Notes: generated by a model from the sequence alone, not told the origin. Positions 1-9,591 are shown, counted from the first letter of the stretch. The stretch: 32,000 bases of DNA from Candidatus Baldrarchaeota archaeon (GCA_019056805.1 DXJG01000002.1:191053-223052), one strand, 5' to 3'. Numbers and translations are program-made.

Positions 1-126
1 GTGAGCAATCAGCATAAATAATATTTTCATTTATTGTCCGCACAAAAGATTTAGCAAAAAAGATAAAAATAGAACCTTTATTTGATATCAACAAGTATTA
101 AAAAATCGAGTTATGGGAGGAGAAAA

Positions 127-1065
127 ATGCAAATTACGGACTTATTACTGGGACCATCGATTTGGGTAATAGCCTTCCTTCTACTCATACTAGTGGTTAT
201 AGTCCTTTCATGCATACGAGTACTAGCGGAATATGAAAGGGGAGTAATATTCAGACTTGGAAGAGCATTACCTGGAGTAAAAGGTCCCGGAATTATATTT
301 CTAATACCTATAATTGACAGATTAGTTAAAGTAGACCTAAGAGAACACTTCTTTGAAATACCAAGACAAAGATGTATAACCAAAGATAACGCCCCTGTAG
401 ACATAGATGTTTTGATCTATTATAAAGTAGTTAACGCGCGAGATTCGGTAATCAAAGTTAAAGACTTTAAAGGTGCATCCGTTGGAATCGCGCAAACAAC
501 ACTAAGAGCTGTCGTTGGAGACATTGTTTTAGATGACGTGTTAGCCAAAAGAGAATACATAAACACGGTGCTCAGAGACAAACTTGACGAGGCTACAGAA
601 AGATGGGGAGTAAAAGTTACAACAGTAGAAATTAGAGAAATAGATCCCCCAAGACAAGTCCAAGACGCGATGATTAAACAGATGGAAGCAGAAAGAATTA
701 GAAGAGCAATGGTTACGGAAGCAGACGGTAAAAGGGAAGCATCGATAAAGGTTGCTGAAGGTGAAAAACAGGCAGCCATACTAAAAGCAGAAGGTAAACG
801 AAGAGCAATGATTTTAGAAGCTGAAGGTGAAAGACAAGCAGCAATCTTAAAAGCAGAAGGTTACTCTGCCGCTCTTAATAAAATCTATTCTGTTGCAAAG
901 AACCTTGACTATAAAACAATGGCACTGCAATACCTAGAAACATTGAAATCTCTTGGAGCAAGCCCATCAACTAAGTTTATATTCCCAGCAGAGTTCATGC
1001 AATTAATTGCTCCAATAAGAGAATTCCTAGGCGGGGTTTCGAAGTCTTCAAGTGACAAAGAGTAA
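127..1065 (+). CDS. SPFH/band 7 (stomatin/prohibitin-like, QmcA-type) membrane protein
   Basis: N-terminal TM helix, then EYERGVIFRLGR, PGIIFLIPIIDR, AQTTLRAVVG and coiled-coil EAE repeats. ATG at 127 follows GGGAGG at 115-120; the ORF track starts upstream at TTG 82. Confidence 0.92.
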   Translation: MQITDLLLGPSIWVIAFLLLILVVIVLSCIRVLAEYERGVIFRLGRALPGVKGPGIIFLIPIIDRLVKVDLREHFFEIPRQRCITKDNAPVDIDVLIYYKVVNARDSVIKVKDFKGASVGIAQTTLRAVVGDIVLDDVLAKREYINTVLRDKLDEATERWGVKVTTVEIREIDPPRQVQDAMIKQMEAERIRRAMVTEADGKREASIKVAEGEKQAAILKAEGKRRAMILEAEGERQAAILKAEGYSAALNKIYSVAKNLDYKTMALQYLETLKSLGASPSTKFIFPAEFMQLIAPIREFLGGVSKSSSDKE

Positions 1066-1106
1066 ACTACCCTACTACGAAGTTAAAGAAGATACAATAA
1101 ATAATT

Positions 1107-1427
1107 TCACATACCTTCTTTTATTCTTTCTATTATTTTGTTTAACCTTTCCTTGTCTTCAGCTGCTATTACAACATTTTTATAGCTTGGAAGAGCAATG
1201 GAAACTTCTTTAATGAAAAGTTGTAGAGCTATATGAGCAGGGTGTTCCGAGACATCCAGCGATCCGTCTTCGAAAACAAATGACGCTTCCTTCCATGTCT
1301 TTTTTTCTTCGTCCACAGGCCATAATGCATAAGCATAATCATCCGTCATAAGCACTATTGATGGAGAGCTTTTCCAAGCTTCTTCTACATATTCTAACAT
1401 TTTTTGGGCATTTTCCTTTTTCCCCAT
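1107..1427 (-). CDS. Hypothetical protein (about 106 aa)
   Basis: Non-overlapping ORF with protein-like composition. The likely ATG (MGKKENAQK) is at 1427. No family recognised. Confidence 0.7.
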   Translation of the reverse strand: MGKKENAQKMLEYVEEAWKSSPSIVLMTDDYAYALWPVDEEKKTWKEASFVFEDGSLDVSEHPAHIALQLFIKEVSIALPSYKNVVIAAEDKERLNKIIERIKEGM

Positions 1428-1759
1428 AGCTTTCAACCCTCCACTATTACTCACTCCAAATAAGTACAGCAATATTAGTAACGTCCTTACTTTCTTTAAG
1501 TTTTCACTAGCTTTTTACTTTCACTTTTATAGTTAAACCTAAATAAACACTATCATCGGTACCATCATAACATTTTTCACCTTGCCAAATCAGTAATATT
1601 AACTTGGTGTACTAAGTTACTTGAAACCACATTTAAAACTGTATTAAAAGTATATTAATTGCAGAGTGTAGAAACTGTCATTTAATCGATCATATATGGT
1701 CGTGCTTAACGAGATATTAATTCAAAATAGGGAATGTCGAAACTTAGGAGGCATATGTT

Positions 1760-4700
1760 TTGAAAGCGATGTTTAAGCATGCTTGCCCGAATTGTGAAGG
1801 TAAAATTTCTGATGAAAGATTAGCTATGGGAGTACCATGCGAAAACTGTCTGTCTATAGATATTAATCAACTAAAAAACCTATGTTCAAAAATGAATCCC
1901 TTGGAATTTAAAATAAAAATTCTGGACATTTTAAGGGCTCAAGGAACACTAAAAAAGTATTATGAACTTGTTAAAATCGAAAAAGAATTGGCCGAGTTTG
2001 AAGATTTATTTAGAAAGGGAACTGGAAGCAGGCTTTGGAGTGCACAGCGAGAGTGGGCAAGAAGAGTCTTAAAAGGGGTAAGCTTTGCCATAACCGCTCC
2101 CACGGGCATAGGTAAAACAGTATTTGGAATGACTATGGCCATATATCTAAGCACTAAAGGCAAAAAATCCTATATTATTCTCCCCACAACAGTACTTGTT
2201 AAGCAGACACTAGATAGAATCAAAGAGTTTTTAGAAAAAACAGGAATTCAAATTAAGGTTGCTGGTTATTACGCCAAACTTTCCAAGGATGAAAGAGAAG
2301 AATTTAAGCATATGGTTGAAACTGGAGACTTTAATATACTTGTTACAACTTCACAATATCTTGCATTAAAATTTGACGAAGTATCAAAACATAAATTCGA
2401 TTTTGTATTCGTTGACGATGTAGATGCGCTCCTTAAGTTATCAAAAAACATCGATAGAGTTTTGTTACTATTAGGGTTCAGCAACGAAGCTATTAATCTA
2501 AGTTTAAGATTAATAAAATTAAAGAAAGCGTATGTACGAGCAAGAGCAAATGAAATAGATAAAATAGAACACGAAATAGAAGAAATAACAGAAAAAATAA
2601 ATTCTCTAAAAGAAAAAACAAAGCCGGGAACATTAATAGTCTCCACTGCAACTGGTAAAGCAAGAGGCGATCGAGTGAAGTTGTTTAGAGAGTTGTTAAA
2701 CTTTACAATCGGGTCAGCAAGTGAAGGTTACAGAAACGTTCAAGACCTTTATATTCCAAGAGAAAGAAACGTAGAAGAACAGTTACATGCATTAGTTAAA
2801 AAACTAGGAGCAGGTGGAATTATCTTTGTCACACTCGAAGAAGGAATAGATTTTGCTGAAAAAATCGCCAATTTTCTAAATGAAAGGGGAGTTAAAGCTG
2901 AAGCTTTCCACGCAGGCAAGAAAAGCCCTGAAATCATAGATCAGTTTTCTAATGGTGAAATAGACATACTTATTGGGGTTGCAAGTCATTATGGACTTTT
3001 AGTCAGAGGTCTTGATCTACCACATCGCGTACGCTACGCTATTTTCACCGGGGTTCCAAAATTCAAATTCAGCTTAGATGTTAGCGAAGAAACCAGTCCA
3101 ACAAGAATATACATGCTTCTATCCGAAATATCAGAATACTTACCCAGCGAGGAAAAAGAAAAAGCCGAAAACTTTCTCAGGAAAATCAGACAATACTTAA
3201 TGAGACTAACACCAACACAGTTACAACAAATTAGAGATGCACTAACTGCCAAAACAAAAATAAATAATACATATCTTCAAAACATCTTAGACCTCTATGT
3301 CAACGTCATAAATTTTGTTGATTCCATGCTTAAAAGAAAAGACATTCTTGATAAGATAAGAGAAAGTCCATTTATATCTCTAGAAAAAATAGACGAAGAA
3401 CTCTATATACTAATACCAGATGTAAGAACCTACATTCAAGCTTCGGGAAGAACATCGAGATTATTTGCAGGAGGAGTAGCTAAAGGGATTTCAATACTCC
3501 TAGTAGATAATGAAAAGATCTTCAACGGTCTTGTAAGGCAACTAAGATGGAGATTCGAAGAAAGCGAATGGAAACATCTAAACGAAGTAGACCTAACTTC
3601 GCTACTTAAAGAAGTCGATGCCGACAGAGAACTTATTTTAAAAATTAAACGAGGAGAAATAACGATAGAATTAAAAGACCCAGTAAAATCAGCACTTCTC
3701 ATAGTAGAATCTCCAAGTAAAGCATTTACTATTTCCACATTTTTCGGCAAACCAGCAAGAAGAAGATTACATGGATTACCAGTCTACGAAGTTGTAACTG
3801 GAGATTTAGACTTAAACGTAGCTGCAAGCGGAGGTCATATTTTTGATCTAGTTACTGAAGAAGGGTTCCACGGTGTGATGACCGAAAACGGGGTTTTCAT
3901 ACCAATATATACAACAATAAAAAGATGTATGACATGCAGAGAACAATTTGTAGAAGATGTAGACAGGTGTCCACGATGTAAATCCACAGAAATAAAAAAC
4001 TCCCTAGATAATGTAAAAGCACTAAGCGAAATAGCCTCTGAAGTAGATATAATCCTTATAGGAACCGATCCAGATTCTGTTACGGGAGATTCAGAAGTTT
4101 TGGTGAATTTAAATGGAAAAGTATTCCTATCTAGGATCGACGAACTATTTGAAAGATTAAAGAGTTCAAAAGAATTTTACTTTTTCACTAAGAGAAATCA
4201 TGAATATCTTGAACCAAAAGATAATAGTTATTTAAAAGTATTAGGAGTTGATAAGCACTTTGACACTCGATGGGTAAATGTAAATTATTTCATTAGGCAT
4301 AAAGTTCAAAAAGAAATTTATGAAATCGAAACAGCAACAGGCAGAAGTATAAAAGTGACTGGAGACCACTCCTTATTTACACTTAAAGATTTCCAGCTTC
4401 AAGAACTTAAAATAAGCGAAATTAAAATCGGAGATATGTTAGTAGTTCCACGAAGACTGGTATGTAATGAAAATAGTCTTGAATATATTGACATTTTAGA
4501 TTTTAAAGACTTAGGTGCGAAAAAAGTAGACGAAAAACATGTTAAGATTGGAAAAAGTAAACCTATACCAAGATACATAAAGCTTGATAAAATTTTTCTC
4601 GAGTTTCTCGGTCTATGGATAGGTGATGGTTCATTCCACAAAGATAGATATGTACGCATTTCTGTCATTGATAAAGAGTCAAGAAAAGTTGTAAAGGAAA

Positions 4701-6754
4701 TAGCTAAGAGATTCGGAGCAAAGATATATGAAGAAAAGGACAATGCAACACTTACAATAATGTCAAGGGCTCTTTACCTTATTTTAAAGAAAGTTTTCGG
4801 TTTAAAGCATGGTGCAGGTTCAAAAGAAGTTCCATCTATAATTTTTTCTCTTTCTAAAGAACAAATATCAGCTTTTCTAAGAGGATACATCAGTGCTGAT
4901 GGTACTGTGTCTAAAGGAGAACCTAATTTTTCAACAAAATCCAAAAAACTCTTTGAACAACTTAGAACGCTATTTCTAATGTTAGGAATTGTGGTTAAAA
5001 AATACGAAGATAACGGGGTTCTTAGAGGATTTATCCATGCAGAGTGGATATCCGATTTCATAAATAAAATTGGCTTTCTTCAGGAAAGTAAAAATAGTAA
5101 GATAACTCCTAAGAAAGGAATAAGGAATTACATAGATGTATTTCCCGTGGAAGGGTTAAAAGGATGCATTAAGACGAATCCCAGTTATGCAGAGGCAATA
5201 TATAGATCTGGGATAATGGGAAGACGGAGATTGGAGAACTTTTTGCCATTTATAAAAAATGAAACATTGAAAGAGACTGTTAAAAGCGTTCTAAATTCGG
5301 ATATTATGGTCGAAAAAGTTGTTAAAATTAGAAAAATAGAAAAATTTAATGATTATGTTTATGATTTTGATACGGAAACTGATAACTTTATAGCAAACAA
5401 TATTCTCGCCCATAATACCGAGGGGGAGAAAATTGGTTGGGATATAGCTACTGTCTTATCACCGTATGCGCACCAAATTAAACGTGTAGAATTTCATGAA
5501 ATAACAAAAATGGCGATTAGGAATGCGCTTGAAAATCTTAAAGAAATAGATGAAAACAGAGTATCAGCACAACTGGTACGTAGAATAGAGGATAGATGGA
5601 TAGGTTTCGAGTTAAGTAGACGTCTTTGGCAAAGATTTCGGGATTATCATCTCTCTGCAGGCAGAGTTCAGACCCCGGTTTTAGGTTGGATAATAGAAAG
5701 ATATAAGGAATTTCTAAAAAGTTGGAAATATGTTTTCTGGGTGAAGCTATCAAATCAATACATAGTGGAGCTCAGAGATCTTGGGGGAAAGCCTTACGAG
5801 ATTGCTGAGAAACTTCGCGGTTCAGATGTTAAAATTATATTCCTTGAGGAAACTTTAGAAGATTTGAATCCACCTCCACCATTTACAACTGATGAAATGT
5901 TGAGAGAAGCATCAAGACTCTTAAAATTCGGTGCACAAGAAACTATGATTCTTGCACAAGCGCTTTTCGAATCCGGTCTAATAACTTACCATAGAACGGA
6001 TAGTCACCGAGTAAGTAATGTAGGAATAAGAATCGCTAAGGAATACATAACTCAAGAAATTGGTGAAGAGTATTTTCATGCAAGAAAATGGGGAACAGAG
6101 GAAGAAGGAGCTCATGAATGTATCCGTCCAACACGTCCACTAAACGTGGAAAGACTAAGAACTCTAATAGAGGAAGGAGTAATAAAAACAGCAGAAACAA
6201 TGACATGGCAACACTACAAACTATATCAACTCATATTCAACAGATTTATTGCAAGCCAAATGACACCTGCGAAAATAAAAAGAATGAAGGCAAAAATAAA
6301 GTTCAATGAAATAGTTGAGACTGAAATAGAAGGAATTACAGAAATAGTTGAACCAGGATTTACAACGATACAACCAATAAAAACGATACCCAAATTAAAA
6401 GAACCACTAAGCGTAGTTGATGTTAAATTCAAAAAAATACCAACAATAAGTCTTTATACGCAAGGAGATATTGTTGAACTCATGAAAAAGAGAGGAATAG
6501 GAAGACCATCTACGTATGCAACAATAATACAAACATTACTTGAAAGAGGTTATGTAGAAGAGAAAAACAAAATGTTAAAACCTACAAAACTGGGAATCAA
6601 AGTATACGAGTACCTATCAAAATTTTACAGCAACTTAGTATCAGAAGAAAGAACTAGAGAACTGGAAAGAAAAATGGAAGAAATAGAAGAAGGAAAGGTA
6701 AATCATCAACAAATCTTAAAGGATCTCTACCAGGAAATAAAAAGTCTCAAATGA
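1760..6754 (+). CDS. rgy: Reverse gyrase (intein-containing precursor)
   Basis: N-terminal Zn finger (CPNC..CENC), SF2 helicase motifs APTGIGKT and DDVD, QASGRTSR, TOPRIM IVESPSKA, second Zn finger, SAGRVQTP, and catalytic GLITYHRTDS (Tyr codon 5987). TTG start follows AGGAGG. Confidence 0.97.
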   Translation: MKAMFKHACPNCEGKISDERLAMGVPCENCLSIDINQLKNLCSKMNPLEFKIKILDILRAQGTLKKYYELVKIEKELAEFEDLFRKGTGSRLWSAQREWARRVLKGVSFAITAPTGIGKTVFGMTMAIYLSTKGKKSYIILPTTVLVKQTLDRIKEFLEKTGIQIKVAGYYAKLSKDEREEFKHMVETGDFNILVTTSQYLALKFDEVSKHKFDFVFVDDVDALLKLSKNIDRVLLLLGFSNEAINLSLRLIKLKKAYVRARANEIDKIEHEIEEITEKINSLKEKTKPGTLIVSTATGKARGDRVKLFRELLNFTIGSASEGYRNVQDLYIPRERNVEEQLHALVKKLGAGGIIFVTLEEGIDFAEKIANFLNERGVKAEAFHAGKKSPEIIDQFSNGEIDILIGVASHYGLLVRGLDLPHRVRYAIFTGVPKFKFSLDVSEETSPTRIYMLLSEISEYLPSEEKEKAENFLRKIRQYLMRLTPTQLQQIRDALTAKTKINNTYLQNILDLYVNVINFVDSMLKRKDILDKIRESPFISLEKIDEELYILIPDVRTYIQASGRTSRLFAGGVAKGISILLVDNEKIFNGLVRQLRWRFEESEWKHLNEVDLTSLLKEVDADRELILKIKRGEITIELKDPVKSALLIVESPSKAFTISTFFGKPARRRLHGLPVYEVVTGDLDLNVAASGGHIFDLVTEEGFHGVMTENGVFIPIYTTIKRCMTCREQFVEDVDRCPRCKSTEIKNSLDNVKALSEIASEVDIILIGTDPDSVTGDSEVLVNLNGKVFLSRIDELFERLKSSKEFYFFTKRNHEYLEPKDNSYLKVLGVDKHFDTRWVNVNYFIRHKVQKEIYEIETATGRSIKVTGDHSLFTLKDFQLQELKISEIKIGDMLVVPRRLVCNENSLEYIDILDFKDLGAKKVDEKHVKIGKSKPIPRYIKLDKIFLEFLGLWIGDGSFHKDRYVRISVIDKESRKVVKEIAKRFGAKIYEEKDNATLTIMSRALYLILKKVFGLKHGAGSKEVPSIIFSLSKEQISAFLRGYISADGTVSKGEPNFSTKSKKLFEQLRTLFLMLGIVVKKYEDNGVLRGFIHAEWISDFINKIGFLQESKNSKITPKKGIRNYIDVFPVEGLKGCIKTNPSYAEAIYRSGIMGRRRLENFLPFIKNETLKETVKSVLNSDIMVEKVVKIRKIEKFNDYVYDFDTETDNFIANNILAHNTEGEKIGWDIATVLSPYAHQIKRVEFHEITKMAIRNALENLKEIDENRVSAQLVRRIEDRWIGFELSRRLWQRFRDYHLSAGRVQTPVLGWIIERYKEFLKSWKYVFWVKLSNQYIVELRDLGGKPYEIAEKLRGSDVKIIFLEETLEDLNPPPPFTTDEMLREASRLLKFGAQETMILAQALFESGLITYHRTDSHRVSNVGIRIAKEYITQEIGEEYFHARKWGTEEEGAHECIRPTRPLNVERLRTLIEEGVIKTAETMTWQHYKLYQLIFNRFIASQMTPAKIKRMKAKIKFNEIVETEIEGITEIVEPGFTTIQPIKTIPKLKEPLSVVDVKFKKIPTISLYTQGDIVELMKKRGIGRPSTYATIIQTLLERGYVEEKNKMLKPTKLGIKVYEYLSKFYSNLVSEERTRELERKMEEIEEGKVNHQQILKDLYQEIKSLK
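4076..5416 (+). mobile_element. Intein with LAGLIDADG homing endonuclease (447 aa) in reverse gyrase
   Basis: Block A SVTGDSEV, block B TGDHSLF, LAGLIDADG-like FLGLWIGDGS and FLRGYISADG, block F/G VYDFDTETDNFIANNILAHN, then +1 Thr. Removal restores TDPD-TEGEKIGWD. Confidence 0.95.
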
Positions 6755-6795
6755 TTCTAATAGAAATATTTCGAGATAATTTTCACCATCGCTTT

Positions 6796-7350
6796 TTAAG
6801 CTCTAAACCACGTAAATACGTAATATATCGGTTTACCGTCAGGACTTATTGTTGATATTATGAATTTCTTTCTCACGGTAGTTGCAAGTCTACCGGATCT
6901 CACTATTTCTAATGCAGAAAGTTTCGAGTTCATCGGTAAAACATGAACTAAGAAAGGGGCGTGATCAATTCCAGGACCATGCTCATAAACAGCAAAATCA
7001 GCACCAAACTTCATTCCAGGCCGAACAACATATCCTTTCTCCCTAAGATCTTTATACACTATGTATTTTTCCTCAAATTTTTCGTGAATTTTTGACGCAA
7101 TTTTCTTAAATTCTTCAAATGTTAATTCACGGTTCGTCTCCGCATCTATTAAAATAAGTCTATTCTTTTCCATTAAATATAACGCTTCTAAAAAAGATAG
7201 TTCTAAAGGCTTATTGAAACTAGGGGCTTTCGGCTTTCTGATTCCAAGAGGTTTACCATAAAATCCTTCAGCATAAAGTTTTGAGCCTTGTTCAGGATTC
7301 CAAACGACAACTCTACTTCCAAGAAATTCTCCTCGAATCTTTTCCGACAT
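6796..7350 (-). CDS. endA: tRNA splicing endonuclease, catalytic (alpha) subunit
   Basis: YKDLREKGYVVRPGMKFGADFAVYEHGPGIDHAPF and VRKK carry the Tyr/His/Lys triad; LELSFLEALYL is also present. Confidence 0.95.
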   Translation of the reverse strand: MSEKIRGEFLGSRVVVWNPEQGSKLYAEGFYGKPLGIRKPKAPSFNKPLELSFLEALYLMEKNRLILIDAETNRELTFEEFKKIASKIHEKFEEKYIVYKDLREKGYVVRPGMKFGADFAVYEHGPGIDHAPFLVHVLPMNSKLSALEIVRSGRLATTVRKKFIISTISPDGKPIYYVFTWFRA

Positions 7351-7360
7351 TTTTTCCCTC

Positions 7361-8014
7361 CTAACCTAACTTACCGACTGCTATGATTCTTACCGCATCC
7401 GCTGCATCTTCTGCAATATCAGCAATCTCCTCAATATGCCTAACAAAATCTATCACTTTAATTAAGGTTTTTGCGCTTATATCCAAGTTGTAAAGCGTGT
7501 GGACAATAACTCTTTGTAGTACATCAACTTTTCTCTCCGATTCGTCAACTTCTTCAGCTATCTTTATGGCTTTTTCCACGTTTTGAGGAAGCATGAAAAT
7601 TGCTTCTCTTAATTTTTCAACAGACTTTACAACCCATTCAATGAATTCTCTAAACATGTCAGCTAATTCGCCCTGAGGACGCCAATCACGTAAATGTGAT
7701 AGTCTAAAGCTCGTTGCGTCAGCATAATCAGCTATTTCATCTGCAATAAGACTTAATCGCATAAGATCTTCTCGCTGTATTAATGTAGCAGCCTTAGAAA
7801 CCTCATCTAGTAATGCTCTTTTTATTTCATCTGCTTCTTTTTCTAAGGACGAAATTTTTTCTAACCTTTGCTCAATTGATTCCCATCTGTTGTTTATCCA
7901 ATCTTCTACCATAAGAGATAGTTCTTTTACGGCTGTTATTACTTTTCTTATATGGTCTTGGTACATATCAAGTGCTTTTCTTTCTTCGTCATTTGTATAT
8001 GGATTTATAACCAT
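7361..8014 (-). CDS. DUF47 / PhoU-like phosphate transport regulator
   Basis: Two helical repeats, LEKEADEIKR, REDLMRLSLIADEIADYA, ESERKVD and IEEIADIAEDAAD. Confidence 0.85.
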   Translation of the reverse strand: MVINPYTNDEERKALDMYQDHIRKVITAVKELSLMVEDWINNRWESIEQRLEKISSLEKEADEIKRALLDEVSKAATLIQREDLMRLSLIADEIADYADATSFRLSHLRDWRPQGELADMFREFIEWVVKSVEKLREAIFMLPQNVEKAIKIAEEVDESERKVDVLQRVIVHTLYNLDISAKTLIKVIDFVRHIEEIADIAEDAADAVRIIAVGKLG

Positions 8015-8308
8015 GAACGCTACCTCCTAGGAAATATTGAGCCATTTCAAGTTTAAATTGAATGTTAAATCTTTATCGTTATTTCTAAATCGCTGTGCAA
8101 CAAATGATAACCCCCATTTATAATGTTTTCGTAAAACTTAGGAACGTACATTGATGTGGATTTGCGTCAAATAAACATAGACTTTTCGATTGATATCGGT
8201 AAATTGAAGTTGATCAATAAATTAGCAAGAAAAATATTGGAAATGTTCTAACAATATTTTTAAATAGCTGTTTTTGTTAAGTACGCTTCAAATCTTATTT
8301 CGGAAGTC

Positions 8309-8316
8309 TTATATAA
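8309..8316 (+). promoter_or_regulatory. TATA box of the downstream sRNA candidate
   Basis: TTATATAA lies about 20-25 nt upstream of the C/D RNA candidate at 8335. Confidence 0.55.
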
Positions 8317-8334
8317 CTCTCGTAAGAACATAAT

Positions 8335-8401
8335 ATGCCGATGAAGAGTGGCATCAGCTGGCTAGGCTTTGCCGATGGCCTGGGATCAACCACCTGAGCA
8401 T
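8335..8401 (+). ncRNA. Box C/D guide sRNA candidate
   Basis: GC-rich intergenic island with terminal stem ATGC/GCAT, C-like CCGATGA (8338-8344), D'-like CTGG (8358), C'-like CCGATGG (8372) and D box CTGA (8394-8397). Guides are 13-15 nt. Confidence 0.72.
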
Positions 8402-8504
8402 CCTACTTATAATTATACGAGACTTCCTTAGAATAATTTTTAAATATTGAAGATAGTTTTAGTCTGATAAATTCCATTCCTGATCAAAACTCTAGGCGAG
8501 AAAA

Positions 8505-9479
8505 ATGTTATTGACAGACCTTTTTGAAAAAAATAAATTAAGATTTCTACTGTTTGGCGGTAAAGGCGGTGTAGGAAAAACAAGTTGTGCAGCAGCGACT
8601 TCCCTTTGGGCAGCAGAAAATGGAAAAGAAACCCTAGTAATTAGTACAGACCCAGCTCACAGTTTATCGGATAGTTTCGGAGAAAAAATAGGAGATTCTA
8701 TCAAAAAAATAAACGGAATAAAAAACCTCTATGGTCTTGAAATAGACCCTAAAAAAGCAATACGTGAATATAGCGAAAAACTACAATCAACACCAGATTT
8801 AGGCCTACCAATAGATGTACAAACGGACGAACTCGAGGAATTGACATCTCTTACGCCGCCAGGAGCTGACGAGGCTCTTGCTTTTGCAAAAGTTTTAGAA
8901 TTTATAGAAAGACCCGAATATGACCTCATAATTTTCGACACTGCTCCAACTGGGCATACTTTAAGACTTCTTAGTTTACCTGATATTTTAAACAGTTGGG
9001 TTGGAAAACTCATTAAAATGAGAGCATGGATTCTTCGAATGACCTCCTTCTTTAAAAGAATTTTAGGTAAAGGAGGAGAAGAGGACAAAACGATGGAATA
9101 TCTTGAAAAACTAAAAAATACTATTGAGACAGCAAGAGCAGAACTGTCAAATGAAGAGGAGACACGATTTATACCAGTTATGATTCCAGAGGCCATGTCA
9201 ATCTACGAGACGGAGCGCTTAGTAAGAACTTTATACGAATACGAGATTCCAGTTACACACATCATTGTTAATATGATTCATCCAGAAGTTCTAGGATGTA
9301 CTTTTTGTGCAGCTCGTAGAAGCATGCAAATAGAGAATCTAAAAATTATTAATGAGTATTATTCTGACTTTTCAATAGTTTATATGCCTCTCTTTCCGAC
9401 CGAAATTAGAGGTATTTCGAAGCTTAGGGAATTTGCAAAATACCTTTTTGAGGAGGAATTTATACCTAAATTATATTAG
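8505..9479 (+). CDS. arsA: ArsA/Get3(TRC40)-family ATPase
   Basis: GGKGGVGKTS P-loop, STDPAHSLSD, PPGADEA, DTAPTGHTLRLL and a C-terminal CTFC. Single ATPase domain. Confidence 0.93.
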   Translation: MLLTDLFEKNKLRFLLFGGKGGVGKTSCAAATSLWAAENGKETLVISTDPAHSLSDSFGEKIGDSIKKINGIKNLYGLEIDPKKAIREYSEKLQSTPDLGLPIDVQTDELEELTSLTPPGADEALAFAKVLEFIERPEYDLIIFDTAPTGHTLRLLSLPDILNSWVGKLIKMRAWILRMTSFFKRILGKGGEEDKTMEYLEKLKNTIETARAELSNEEETRFIPVMIPEAMSIYETERLVRTLYEYEIPVTHIIVNMIHPEVLGCTFCAARRSMQIENLKIINEYYSDFSIVYMPLFPTEIRGISKLREFAKYLFEEEFIPKLY

Positions 9480-9492
9480 GAAGGTGAAAAAG

Positions 9493-9591
9493 TTGAACGG
9501 AAGATTTAGAAGTAAATTGTTTGCACTATTATTTCTTCTCCTTGTATGTATTAGTTTCTTTCTATACGCATTTTTAATTTTTAGTCCCTAA
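9493..9591 (+). CDS. Putative 32-aa single-pass membrane microprotein
   Basis: AGGTGA RBS at 9482-9487 and TTG start. Translation is MNGRFRSKLFALLFLLLVCISFFLYAFLIFSP*. Not in the ORF track. Confidence 0.45.
   Translation: MNGRFRSKLFALLFLLLVCISFFLYAFLIFSP

Noticed and set aside
8337-8366. GCCGATGAAGAGTGGCATCAGCTG resembles the 23S rRNA 5' kink-turn region (GCCGAUGAAG...)
   Set aside because: Similarity is short and explained by the shared K-turn motif. The flanks are not rRNA-like, and the C/D layout explains it better.
8505-9479. Arsenic resistance operon
   Set aside because: No arsB/acr3/arsC/arsR/arsD nearby; the protein has Get3-like features.
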